The translations under genes and the position numbers were made by a program. Under the pieces are notes generated by a model that worked only from the letters and a program-made list of their open reading frames with translations, searched no databases and was not told where the DNA came from. Source: Cyanidioschyzon merolae (lineage: Eukaryota). From it: a stretch of DNA of 64,000 bases. Positions 9,999 through 20,249 of the stretch are shown one piece after another (position 1 is the stretch's first letter; each line of letters begins with the position of its first letter). The stretch is taken from the NCBI GenBank assembly GCA_000091205.1, contig AP006500.2; one strand, 5' to 3'.

Positions 9999-10967
9999 GG
10001 TCCAAGAGATTTGTGTCCGGCTCGAAGAAGACTCGAAGAGGATTCGATTCGGGTACCAGAGCCGGATCAGGGAATGCTCTGGTCGACGCCGATTCGAAGG
10101 CGGATGTTTTTCAGCAGGAAAACGGAATCTACGAGCGAGGATGGATTGCGAAAAGTGCAGGATCTTTGCGAGCATACTACTGTAGGTTAGGTCTGGTTTC
10201 GCTTCGCGAGAATTGGAAGCATGTCTTGTTCGTTGAAAGAGGGAAAAGCGATACGACTCAGTACTGCATGTTGGTTTGTGTAGGCGCGCAAGGCATTTTG
10301 ATTTTTTGTGGAAATCATGAGCAGTCATGTGCATCATCCGCGTTGTATATGTTTGTGTGTCGAGGTGTGCGCTTGTTTTTCATGCGTGGCTGGAGCAGTC
10401 GCGTTGCGCACTCTACCATGGGAGCGTACGCTCATTTACGAGCACCGCTCGAGCAGGAGCAAGCACAAGGCTGCACGCCTCGAAAAATGCTTGCTTGCTC
10501 AGTGCGCTACCGGTTCAGCGGCATAACATACTGTATCTTGAGAGCGCTGGCTCTTTTCCGAGCATCACTCAAGCGGGAGCACCAGGATAGCACATGTTCG
10601 GTGAGGCATTGGAATGCGTCCATACTTGGCAGTATAATGAGTGCTACGCTGGTCTTTGGCCGAGACACCAGCTAGTTCGAATACTGTGCGTCGTTTGTGG
10701 GCGCTGCGCAGGCCGGCCCCCGAGCACGCCTTGTGAAGAGGGGCGTCTGCAAACCTGCGATGCGGATGCAATCGTCAAGCCGCTCGTTATCATGCGTTGT
10801 CTAAACGAACACGAGCTTGGACTAGTTGCTTCTGCGCGTAAAATTCCTCTCTCAGTGGAACGCACTGCCGCATAGCTCGCAGCGGCCGATAACGCTTGGT
10901 GTTCAGCTGCAGGGCACTGGAACCCTGAGCATCTGTGACAGATCCGCACCTACACCGCAAATGACGT

Positions 10968-11855
10968 TCAACGTTGTGACGGGACCAGCGATTCCGATAC
11001 CTGGCGAATCGCGGCAGTGAGCTGATCGGCTGTTAATGGTCTCCCGCGGCACTCCAGGAAATACAGCACCGGTTGTGATTTCGGCTCATGGGTGTAGAAT
11101 ATGGCAGTTACTAGGGTACTGGCTGTGTGCTCCTCCAGGGCACTTGGATCTACAACCAGACGCACGCCTGGGGAATCCAGGTCTTGTGGCGCGTCCGGAT
11201 GCACAACCAGAAACGTACGCGAATGGAGCCTGGCGATCATGGAGCATATTCTCTCGTCGGTATGGACACCTGTCGAATCGGGTCCTTCGCGTGCATCATG
11301 GTGCTCTTGACGCGCTTCGATACAGCGCGGTAGTATCTGCTGAATGCTTTCCAGGAACACATCGTGCAAACTTCCGTCTTCGTCGAGCACGCTAAGTTCC
11401 AGTTCCCAGCACCAAACGTCCACATTATACCCGCGAGGCTCAGAGGCGTAGCACTGCTCGATTATCGGATAAACGAGCTTCTCGAGGTATTCAGTTAGTT
11501 CCATAGCCTTGTGTGTGCAGCTTCGGCCGTAACACAAACCGGGAACTTGCACCGTTACTCGCCATGTAGTTGCAGGTCGAGCGCTAACGAGCACCTTAGA
11601 GTTCCCGTGACTCACTTGGACGACAGGGCACGAGCCCCGCTCACGACTACCGAGAAGCCAGCCACAGCCCCGGGTGGGTCGCGGTTCGTCGACCGTGCGA
11701 CCGTCGGGTCGGCGTTCACACGTCCAGAGCTCTCGGGTTCGGAAGCCAACGGGGTCGTGCAGCCGATCCATTTCAGCTGTATCATTTACAAGGGTGTCAA
11801 AGTCCATAGCGCGCAACTCGCTCTGTTCAAGACTGTCAAGACAAAAACGCCCCAT
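10968..11855 (-). CDS. Hypothetical protein (295-aa ORF; true start may be an internal Met such as MELTEYLEKLV…)
   Basis: Long ORF with protein-like composition, placed between convergent and divergent neighbours. No motif I can name. Confidence 0.35.
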   Translation of the reverse strand: MGRFCLDSLEQSELRAMDFDTLVNDTAEMDRLHDPVGFRTRELWTCERRPDGRTVDEPRPTRGCGWLLGSRERGSCPVVQVSHGNSKVLVSARPATTWRVTVQVPGLCYGRSCTHKAMELTEYLEKLVYPIIEQCYASEPRGYNVDVWCWELELSVLDEDGSLHDVFLESIQQILPRCIEARQEHHDAREGPDSTGVHTDERICSMIARLHSRTFLVVHPDAPQDLDSPGVRLVVDPSALEEHTASTLVTAIFYTHEPKSQPVLYFLECRGRPLTADQLTAAIRQVSESLVPSQR

Positions 11856-12130
11856 ACGAAATGTACGCTAGCAGCGCTGTGCACTGCGTACAAACGTCGC
11901 ACGTGGATCACTGCAACTTACGGGGTCTTGCATCTCAGTGGTGTTCGATCCACCAAGAGCGTATCGTGAAATGCCTTGTCGGGATTGATAGCAGATGCGT
12001 TTTGATGTGCATTCATATGAAGAAGTAAAAAATCTATGGGAAAGGTATAGATATGCAAGTCGCGGGTCCCAGTAGCTTATCACAGTCATCTACCTGAAAC
12101 GTATGAAATAATTCCCAGTTTGCCGACGAC

Positions 12131-12540
12131 ACAACGAAGAGGAGCAAGAGGTAAGCGAGAAATGATGTTTGCCAGACGTAAAAATCACGAGATCGTAATG
12201 GCAACGACGATAGAGCGAAGAGGAGCAAGAGATATGCGAGAAATGATGTTTGCCAGACGTAAAACTCACGAGATCGTAATGGCAACGACGATAGAGCGAA
12301 GAGGAGCAAGAGATATGCGAGAAATGATGTTTGCCAGACGTAAAACTCACGAGATCGTAATGGCAACGACGATAGAGCGAAGAGGAGCAAGAGATATGCG
12401 AGAAATGATGTTTGCCAGACGTAAAACTCACGAGATCGTAATGGCAACGACGATAGAGCGAAGAGGAGCAAGAGATATGCGAGAAATGATGTTTGCCAGA
12501 CGTAAAACTCACGAGATCGTAATGGAAAAGAGGACACGAA
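12131..12540. repeat. Tandem repeat, 81-bp unit x ~5 (unit approximately cgatagagcgaagaggagcaagagatatgcgagaaatgatgtttgccagacgtaaaactcacgagatcgtaatggcaacga)
   Basis: Visible directly in the sequence. All frames on both strands are open across it (track ORFs 12034..12558, 12090..12512 and 12120..12602 show 27-aa or 20-aa periodic translations). A single diverged copy of the unit occurs at ~33940-34030. Confidence 0.9.
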
Positions 12541-12820
12541 TTCTAGGAGCGCTTGCACTGGTCAGTACAACAGCAGCGGCAGTAAGCGCATGGAGTTCGT
12601 GAACCGAGACTTTAACGCTGCCATCAGTACCAGACGACATGCGGTGCCGGAGACGAGACCCGAAGAGCTGACGCAATCCAACGTTTTGGGGCAGCCTCTG
12701 ATGCCCGAATTCTCCAAACAGAAACTGAAATCGATAACAGGCGGCCGGTCGAATGTTACCGGGAAGCGCCCGTAAGTAGGTAGATATATTTACCCCACAC
12801 GGTCGTGGGGCATTTTTTGG
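12541..12820 (+). mobile_element. TnpB/Fanzor-like (IS200/IS605 OrfB-type) 3'-terminal remnant, copy A. It carries a RuvC-III-like coding signature (…VNRDFNAAIST…) followed about 185 nt downstream by a hairpin (ccccac-acggtc-gtgggg) and a T-run.
   Basis: Track ORF 12590..12775 reads MEFVNRDFNAAISTRRHAVPETRPEELTQSNVLGQPL…KLKSITGGR. A second copy at 34050-34250 reads …KCTDFVSRDFNAAINISRCAVLETRPEELTQANFVEQPL…KLKTIAAGR. R-D-x-N-A-A-x-N-I is the hallmark RuvC-III motif at the C-terminus of TnpB, Cas12 and Fanzor proteins. Both copies share a downstream hairpin with core acggtcgt followed by T-rich sequence. No intact upstream RuvC-I, RuvC-II or zinc-finger region was found, so this is a remnant or a derived non-autonomous element. 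Confidence 0.4.
12793..12818 (+). terminator. Hairpin (ccccac/gtgggg stem, acggtc loop) followed by a T6 run, downstream of TnpB-like remnant A
   Basis: Seen directly. An equivalent hairpin core acggtcgt plus T-run lies at 34291-34320 after remnant B. It may be a conserved element-end structure rather than a transcription terminator. Confidence 0.4.
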
Positions 12821-13583
12821 TTACCTGAAGACACCTCAGACATGCCGGCATCATTCCCGGAACAATCTGGTCGACCTGTCCCAGTCTTACGTATAATGGA
12901 GCGCCAACTGCGCGGGACTCGGGGAGCGCACCTCTATCAGGTGCCTGCGCAGCGGCAGCGACGTCGACGTCGTCGACCGCTGAGATTTTTTCTCTCTAGA
13001 CAAAATGTTTCCATGGGCCAGCATTCTCCGATCGTGCGCATTGTTCTTTCTTTTTGTGTTTTTCAGTGCGAGGTGAAGTATCCATCAAACGCCCTACCTC
13101 CACGTTACATGACCCATACTTCTTCTCCGATATTCTAGTCGGTTCATACGTCCTATCGTGTGTGCCTAGTAGCTGCTGCAAGCGACAGCAATGGCGCGTA
13201 TCGTGCCGGTGCTTCGACCGCTGAGATCGGGGGTGCAGCGCGCCGCCGCCGCCGCCGTCGACGCCGCTGCTGCTGACAGCACGTCGCTGGTACAGCGCAC
13301 AAGACCCATATTTGTACTTGTTTTGCAGTGCACGACTCTGGAGCGCGTTTCGAGGATCTTATCAACGAAAATATCCCTTTGAAAGATATTCTTGCTGGGA
13401 AGTACAGAGGGCACGGACTTTGACAAGCTCTTCGCCTTTCCATAGAGACTTCGGGGCTGCTTTATTGGTACAGGACTCACGGAAGGGTGTTGGACGCTTG
13501 AGAGCGGCGCGTGCGGCCTCCTTGCTCCAGAACGGTGGAACTGTAGTTGTCCACTCAGCTGAGGTACCCTCCTTCCGATAGGC

Positions 13584-14666
13584 TTGACGGAGATGGCGTC
13601 TGGGTCGAACCTGTTTGCCGTCCTAAGTGACGAGACCGAAGGATCGCAGACAGAGGCTGCCCGCGCCAGCGAATCCAAGGAGAAGCGGCCTGGGGACCCG
13701 CCGAGCAGTGCCCGTGGCTCTGCCCAGAAGCACTTTGGGTTCGATCGACGATCAGGCACTGGACGTGGCCGTGAGGTTGCGAAAAAAGGTGCTGGAGGCA
13801 AGTATACTTTCGGTTCAGTGGAGGAGGACGTGCGTGACGCTCTGAGCGGTGTCAGGATTGCCTCCGAGTCAGATGCTGCTGCAGCGGACGGCACAGAAAA
13901 AGACGACGTGAACCACGTTGGTGAAAGCAAGAGCAGTGAAGGTGCCCTTCTTAGTCTGGAGGAGTATCAGCAGCGTTTAGAGCGGGAGCGAGCAGAGCTC
14001 TCGAACAAATTGATGGCAAGCAAAGGACCCCGTCGTCCAGCAGAGGAGCAGGGCGATGAAGTCTTTCGCAATGCCAAGCGCCTAGATAAGAACGGCGTTG
14101 AAGTGGATGCGGACTCACAGGACGGACTCCTGGGGAGCATAAGCCTCAAGGAGAAGAAAACGCGTGCTGCCAATCGCAGCAGTGGAAAAGGCAAGCGGGA
14201 TACCGGAAAGGAGAATCTTGCAGCGGAGTTCTTCACGGCTCCGCCGCGCGTGAACCGCGGCCATCGAGCGTCCGGTGACGTCGTCGAAGAGGATAATCCC
14301 TTAAGAGCGAAGAGATCTACTGGCACAGAGGCAGCTGGACCCAGTCGCGGTCGTGGACGTGGTCGCGGCGGTGGAAGTCGAGGGTTCCGCGGGGCGGGCG
14401 CCCGACACCCGACAGCGCCACATGCGTCAGAAAGCGCAGTCAGGGACAAACATAATGCATCTGATAACCATGAAACCCAAGAGCCGAATCGAGGTGTGTC
14501 AAGTCGACAACAACGTACGCGTGGCGGTTCTCGCACTGGCGCTGCGCCCGATAGCGGTCGTTTTCGTGGGCGCGGACGAGGTGGGGCTGCTTCTGTAACC
14601 GCACCACGCCCTCGTGCCGCCATTAACACCACAGATGATGCTGCTTTTCCATCGTTGGGAGCTTGA
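13584..14666 (+). CDS. Stm1/HABP4/SERBP1-family RGG-box protein (ribosome-associated or mRNA-binding type). Probable ATG at 13593.
   Basis: N-terminus MASGSNLFAVLSDETEGS… matches the Stm1_N / HABP4 N-terminal motif (NPFalL.DD.E). There are multiple RGG/RGRGRG clusters (…SRGRGRGRGGGSRGFRGAG…, …RFRGRGRGGA…) and an overall charged low-complexity composition. Confidence 0.55.
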   Translation: MTEMASGSNLFAVLSDETEGSQTEAARASESKEKRPGDPPSSARGSAQKHFGFDRRSGTGRGREVAKKGAGGKYTFGSVEEDVRDALSGVRIASESDAAAADGTEKDDVNHVGESKSSEGALLSLEEYQQRLERERAELSNKLMASKGPRRPAEEQGDEVFRNAKRLDKNGVEVDADSQDGLLGSISLKEKKTRAANRSSGKGKRDTGKENLAAEFFTAPPRVNRGHRASGDVVEEDNPLRAKRSTGTEAAGPSRGRGRGRGGGSRGFRGAGARHPTAPHASESAVRDKHNASDNHETQEPNRGVSSRQQRTRGGSRTGAAPDSGRFRGRGRGGAASVTAPRPRAAINTTDDAAFPSLGA

Positions 14667-15706
14667 TCGAACACCTGCATTTGAGGCGAGAGCGGGCTGC
14701 GGGCATCCAGCCGCCTGCTTCGGTCTCACAGCGGGCCTCGCCTGGCGACACAGGCGGTGCTCTGGATGAATCGAAAGCTCTACGGTAGAGCGATGTGAAA
14801 CGCTACGTGCAACCGTGGCTGTTTTATAGGTAAACCGAAGGATATGTGGTGTTGATGCGTTGTGTATGGTGTCCGGTGCGCTGCTGCGGTGCAGGTCTAC
14901 GTCAGCGCAGTCGCCAAAAGGAGCATGCGCAGCGGTTCATAGACGTTGTCTGTGAAGCGCTTCACTAAAGAGCAGGGTTTTTGCGATATAGGCTCTCTTT
15001 ACACGAACCACAAACTAGGCAAGTCGGCCCTGGCTGGCGAGCACTTGCACCGGAGCATGCTCCAATTCAGGCAGTGCCGCAGACAAGGCTTCCAAGCCGA
15101 TCGTGACTTGCTCGCAGCGCTGCATACGACGCGGGATGCACTGCGACCCAGGGCCTCGCGGGAAACCCGATGACCCAGCTCACATCCAGCATCGACGAAA
15201 CGCGCGGAAAACAGAAGCGGTGAACCTGAGGCGCTTTCACACGGGGCGCGTTGCCTCCGCAACGAAATCCTCGATTGGTGCTGTGCTCGTTTCTCCGCTG
15301 ATCTGGTCCGGTGTTTCTCGATAGTCGCCCCAGTCAATACTTTCCCGGAGCATGCAGAGCAGACTAGTGCGGAGATGTCAACTTATTCTGTCATGCGAGC
15401 ATATTCGGGTTGCTGTGAAGCGGCTCGAACGCACATCGCACTGCTCGTGGATTGCGATTTGCTTCGTTTTCTGAAAACACGCGCAAGAGCTAAGCGCTCT
15501 ACACATACGCGTCTGCGATCTAGTAGTTCAAGCGACGGCAATCAGGTACGGTGGATATCTCTATCTCGAGACATCGTTGCAGCTGAGGCCTAGAACAGCT
15601 GACGCAGCTAGGATGCAGATTCCTTCGAGTTGCGCCTCGCTTCAATGTTCTGTATTCGACACAAGCGTTGCAAAGCCATCGGACAACCAGCGCAACGAAC
15701 AAGCAC

Positions 15707-16570
15707 TTATTTCCCAGTGCGACCTCGGGTCTCTGTTGTCTGGTCCGTCTCTGCGGTGGCGGGAGGTGCTTCCTTCGAAGGTTCTCGCTGCTGCTCGCTC
15801 CGCTCAATCAGGTACCGAATCGTGAAAAATGAAACCAGTGGTACCGTAAATACCAAAAAAGCTGTCTCATTATCAGCTTTTAGTAACTTTAATTCATCGA
15901 CTTTCAAAGTGATGGTCGATAACACCGCCGAGATGCCGAGCACAAACAGCAGCGAGCGCGTTAGTGAACGATCCAGGAACAGGAAACCCACGTACCCCAC
16001 GAGAAAGGCAATCGTCGGTGCCGAGTCCAGATAAAACCACTTCGAGTCCGCAAACCCAAGTCCAGTAAGCGGCGGCCCCAGGTACAATGACAAAGGTATT
16101 AACCCCAGGATAAACGTAGTTGAGAAGGACAGGTAGAGTAGAAGCGATCTCACTTTGGAACGCTCTCGACTTTGGTTGCGTTTCGCGGTATCGTGCGGCT
16201 CCGGTGCAACGCCATTGCCCAGGTCGTTTGCTGACTTGAGATGCGCTCTTCGTTCCCGCGATGTCTCGTGTCCTCGTCGCTGATCACCGTGGTCGCTCAT
16301 AGCGCGGAGTTGCGAGCAAGGACGCACGCCGACGCCGTTCTCCCGTTTCCGTGTGCTGTGCGCTCGACTTGCTAGCCAGCGCCGCTTGTGCGCAGGTTGA
16401 CACGCCCTGCACGCACTGGACGACGACCTCGAGACCAAAGCCGCCTGTAAGCGGCCGGAGCAGTTACGTTGCACGAGCGAATTGAGCGTAGGCGCTCCTG
16501 AGCTGCCCTGGAAAAGCACAAGCGGCTTCAAGTGGAGCGCCATGAGCGTGAGAGCGCTTAATTGGTTCAC
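15707..16570 (-). CDS. Hypothetical membrane protein; the C-terminal half has ~4 predicted TM helices. The true start is possibly an internal Met (MSDHGDQRRG…).
   Basis: Hydrophobic segments LLLYLSFSTTFILGLIPLSLYL, TIAFLVGYVGFLFL, LLFVLGISAVLSTITL and FLVFTVPLVSFFTIRYLI. No family recognised. Confidence 0.4.
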   Translation of the reverse strand: MNQLSALTLMALHLKPLVLFQGSSGAPTLNSLVQRNCSGRLQAALVSRSSSSACRACQPAHKRRWLASRAHSTRKRENGVGVRPCSQLRAMSDHGDQRRGHETSRERRAHLKSANDLGNGVAPEPHDTAKRNQSRERSKVRSLLLYLSFSTTFILGLIPLSLYLGPPLTGLGFADSKWFYLDSAPTIAFLVGYVGFLFLDRSLTRSLLFVLGISAVLSTITLKVDELKLLKADNETAFLVFTVPLVSFFTIRYLIERSEQQREPSKEAPPATAETDQTTETRGRTGK

Positions 16571-16776
16571 AGCAAACCAAACGTTCGTTGATATGGGCTA
16601 GCGATGACGCTGTCCTTAACCAGAAAAATAAAGCAAGCTACGAAAAGACTGACGTTCCAACACCAACAACAGCAACAACAACAACAACAACAACGCAACG
16701 GTAGCGAAGCGCTCGTGGCTCGCCTTCGTGGGCATCCCCCGAGTACGCGATCGCAGAGCGCTGCTTCTCATAACCG

Positions 16777-16832
16777 GTGCGCGTGCCGCAGCAGCCGCCC
16801 TTTTGGTGGCTGCTGGGAGCGCCTGTGCGGAG

Positions 16833-16868
<36 letters not shown>

Positions 16869-18162
16869 CGCTGTTGCTGTGTCTATGGCCTCTCAGGGCA
16901 CTGAAACTGCCAATGAAACGCATTTGACGACGCGCCAGACCTCGACAATGCACTGGCACGTCTGGCGAACTGAGGTGGAGCGACTGCGACGACTGGTCAA
17001 GGAGCCGGCGCTCAAGTGGCCGAAGCTGTTGGTGCTCGACCTCAACGGATTGTTGGTTTGGCGGACGCCGTTGCGACCTCGCCCCGGGCAACGCGATGGT
17101 CCCATCGGGGCTTGCTATCAACGGCAGCCGGATGTGGTGACTAAGCGTTTCTGCATTTGGCGCCGACCTGGAGCGGTATCCTTTATGCGGTACGTTTTGG
17201 CTTGGTTCCACGTCGGGATATGGTCGACCGCCCAGCTGCCGAACGTGGAGGATATTTTGGCAACGCTTCTCACAGCAGAGCAAAGACGTGAGCTGGTATT
17301 CGTTATGGACCAAAAAGACTGCACCAAGGTCAGCCGGGCGTATGCCCCGGGCTCTTCCAGCAAACCGCTGATGTTGAAGGACCTGGAACGCCTGTGGAGT
17401 CGATATCAGGGTTTCTACCATATGGATAACACGTTGCTCATCGACGATGATCCCTACAAAGCGAGCGTCAACCCAGTATATACGAGCGTGCACCCGTCTC
17501 CATGGAAAGATCCCGATGTGCAGGGCACGGACACGTTTCTGTGCGAAGGGGGACGCTTTCGTGCGTTTCTGGAAGCGCTGCTCCACCATGACGGCAGCGT
17601 ACGTACGTTCGTCGCCAACCAGCAGATCATACCCGTAGAGCAAACGAGCAACGATGATGAACGAGGCGCTACCAATGATGCCCAGCTGCTGAGCGATACC
17701 GGTGCAGTGAGCACAAGTCTCGGTTCCAGAGCTGGGTTCGATCAGGAGCTGAGCACTGCCGATCCCAACCGATCGACTGGTGCCCAGTCTGTGACGGCAA
17801 AGTGTTTCGTGGGCGCACCAGCATGCGCACATGATGGTGAATCGAAGACCAGTGAGCCAAGCGCTCGGGATGATATCCTTTCAACGTCAACGGGATTGGA
17901 CGGCCCCGAGAAAGACGCACCCGCCAAAACAGCGTCCATGGATGCACTGGTGCCCTCGTTTTCGAATGAGCTTTCACGATTGCGTATCCATGACAAAAAT
18001 GAGGATGTTGGGGATGATACACGAATTCATGCGCAAGCGAATGGGCTAGCGGCATGCTCGTGCTCGATGCCATCGGTCTCGAGTACACCAGCGGATGCCG
18101 ATAAAACCAGCCGGCGTGACTCTGGGGAGACTTCACCAAACGCTGGAGCAGCGTCGCGCTAG
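16777..18162 (+). CDS. NIF/FCP1-homology (CTD-phosphatase-like HAD) domain protein. Probable ATG at 16885 after a poly-Ser tract. The catalytic motif I reads DLNGL instead of DxDx(T/V), so it may be non-catalytic.
   Basis: …WPKLLVLDLNGLLVWRT… aligns with the FCP1/SCP/TIM50 motif I (LVLDLDETLVHS). …FMRYVLAWFHVGIWSTAQ…, …KDLERLWSRY… and …SPWKDPDVQGTDTFLCEGGRFRAFLEALL… resemble the later conserved NIF-domain segments. The C-terminal ~180 aa are S/T/A-rich low complexity. Confidence 0.55.
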
Positions 18163-18455
18163 GCGACGAGCGCGAGTTTGGCGAAACCTGGTGCCGGCAG
18201 GCTTGCACGGAGACCCGCGTCTGCCCAGCGTCCCGGGTCGCAGCACAGCTGGGCAGCGCGGTCCACAAGTTGCGCAACCGAAACGGGTGCGTGTGCCCCA
18301 AGCAGAACGCCGGCATCGGCCGAGGCAAGCGCCGCTTCCCTGACGCGAAGGTCGGCACTTGACGCGCGGCGGAAAAAGGCTTGCGCGGTGACGCCTAGCT
18401 GTCTCTGCATACCCGGTGCCGGGCTCGGAGCATAGCATCCGACTGAGTCTGACTC

Positions 18456-18494
<39 letters not shown>

Positions 18495-19193
18495 TGTGGA
18501 ATGCGCGCTGCAAACGTGTGTTGTTGATCGCTCGGAATCGATGCTGTGCTCGGGAGCTATGCCATTGTCGGACACGGAGCAGGGCACCAGTTTGCCCAGA
18601 GCAGCACGCACGACCTCGTTGCTCCACAACGAGAACAGCACGCTGCGACGAAGCACTCGGAGCGCCACGCGCTGACATCGCTCATGAGCGCTGCCAGAGG
18701 CCGTGAGCGCCTGGCGCAGTGCCCGCATCACCAACGCTACAGCTTCGCAGCGGACTCGGTACCATTGGTACCCAGGAGACGCGCAGAGAACATTGCGCTC
18801 CCACAAAAAGGCGCTCGCTTTCGGAGCCACGCCCCGCAGGCCGAGTCGAACGGCGACGCCTCGCGGCGTCCATCGGCTTTGAAGGCCGAGCCCGGCACCC
18901 GCCAGAGATCAGCGGGGCGTAGAGCGGGGCACCGCGAATCATATGTAAAGGCGTGTGGCGATGCCGTGCACGAGATCGGAACTGTAAATAATGGTCGTTT
19001 TCTGGAATTTATTAGATATTGCGGACAAATCAGGATGAATAATGCCAAGCACATGCGCGCAACCCATCTCACCACTGCATCGTTTTTGACGTAGTCGCGA
19101 AAACGCGTCTTTGCCACCTGAGGGGCCGGTGACGCGCCCTCGTGGACAGGGCGCCGAAGCAAACCCCGTCTGCCCCTGCGTGGGAACGAGTGC

Positions 19194-20249
19194 TTGTGCA
19201 GCGCACTCGTTCCTCGTACACAGATAAGGCTGTTTGTGAGGCCTACCTCAGACCCAGTGCTGTGCGTTGCTGCCAGTGCGTCACGCGCTGTTCACTGTTC
19301 GAAGCGCGCGGGTGCCGTTGCTCACCATAGAAGCGAGACGAGGGCGGGTGCGTGGACTGCACCCAACCACATGTATATAGTCTGCGTGCACCAACGAAGG
19401 ACGCAACCGAGGCGGTGGTTCGTGCTGCGTGCCAGCACGCCTCAGGTTGCAACGGATAACTTGAAGGTTGATACGCAGCCTCGCCGAACGTCAGCCGCCC
19501 GGGCGGTTGCAACGCAGCCGTGTCTGGTTCTGCCTGGTTTGGGAAACGCTGCCAGCGACTACGCGGAACTGCTTGGTCTGTTACCCGCGGGGTCACTGGT
19601 TGTACCAGTTGCTCGCTATGACTGGTTTCGAAACGCCCGGGGCCTGATGTTGCCAGCGTACTGGCGGGGTACGCTCAAGCCTCGGCAAGTTATGGACTGG
19701 TATTTCGAACGACTAGAACGAACGCTATTGCAGTTGAGCTACGCTTTTGGCGACGAGACCGGTGACTGGGGTGTGAATCTGATCGGACACTCTGCCGGTG
19801 GCTGGTTGGCACGACTCTACGTGAGTGAGTTCGCCAGCGACGACCTTCGGAAGCGCGTACGCACTGTCGTCACGTTGGGCACACCAAACCTGGCACCACC
19901 AGCTGGTGTATTCGACCAAACCAGGGGTATTCTTGCGTATTTGGAGACACAGTATTCGTGGAAGCACCGCCAACATTCCGGTGTTCGCTACACGTGTGTT
20001 GGATCCAAAGCGGTCCGCGGGCGGCTCTGGTCGAGCAACCTTGAGGAAATGATCGCTTATGCCTCTTACTGGCCAGTGTGCGGTCGCGGGCGTGTGGCTG
20101 GTGATGGGATTGTGCCAGCGTGTTCCTCGTTTATGCGCGGGGCTCAGGCTATTCTCCTAGCGGATGCGAGGCACTCGCCGTTGACGGACCCTAAAAACTG
20201 GTACGGGTCACCGCATCACTTCGAATGCTGGGCGAGCGCTTTGGTCTGA
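19194..20249 (+). CDS. Alpha/beta-hydrolase fold protein (lipase/esterase-like, GHSAGG nucleophile elbow) with an R/S/A-rich N-terminal extension of ~100 aa
   Basis: …CLVLPGLGNAASDY… (region after strand 1) and …GDWGVNLIGHSAGGWLARLYV… (GxSxG elbow). The spacing is typical of alpha/beta hydrolases. The N-terminal extension could be an organellar presequence. Confidence 0.55.
   Translation: MCSALVPRTQIRLFVRPTSDPVLCVAASASRAVHCSKRAGAVAHHRSETRAGAWTAPNHMYIVCVHQRRTQPRRWFVLRASTPQVATDNLKVDTQPRRTSAARAVATQPCLVLPGLGNAASDYAELLGLLPAGSLVVPVARYDWFRNARGLMLPAYWRGTLKPRQVMDWYFERLERTLLQLSYAFGDETGDWGVNLIGHSAGGWLARLYVSEFASDDLRKRVRTVVTLGTPNLAPPAGVFDQTRGILAYLETQYSWKHRQHSGVRYTCVGSKAVRGRLWSSNLEEMIAYASYWPVCGRGRVAGDGIVPACSSFMRGAQAILLADARHSPLTDPKNWYGSPHHFECWASALV

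Noticed and set aside
9995-10675. 226-aa plus-strand ORF downstream of NDUFA12
   Set aside because: Begins inside the NDUFA12 stop region and reads through a degenerate duplicated segment. No protein-like conservation.
12034-12602. Three overlapping ORFs (174, 140 and 160 aa) with perfectly periodic translations
   Set aside because: Artefacts of the 81-bp tandem repeat, which happens to lack stops in all frames.
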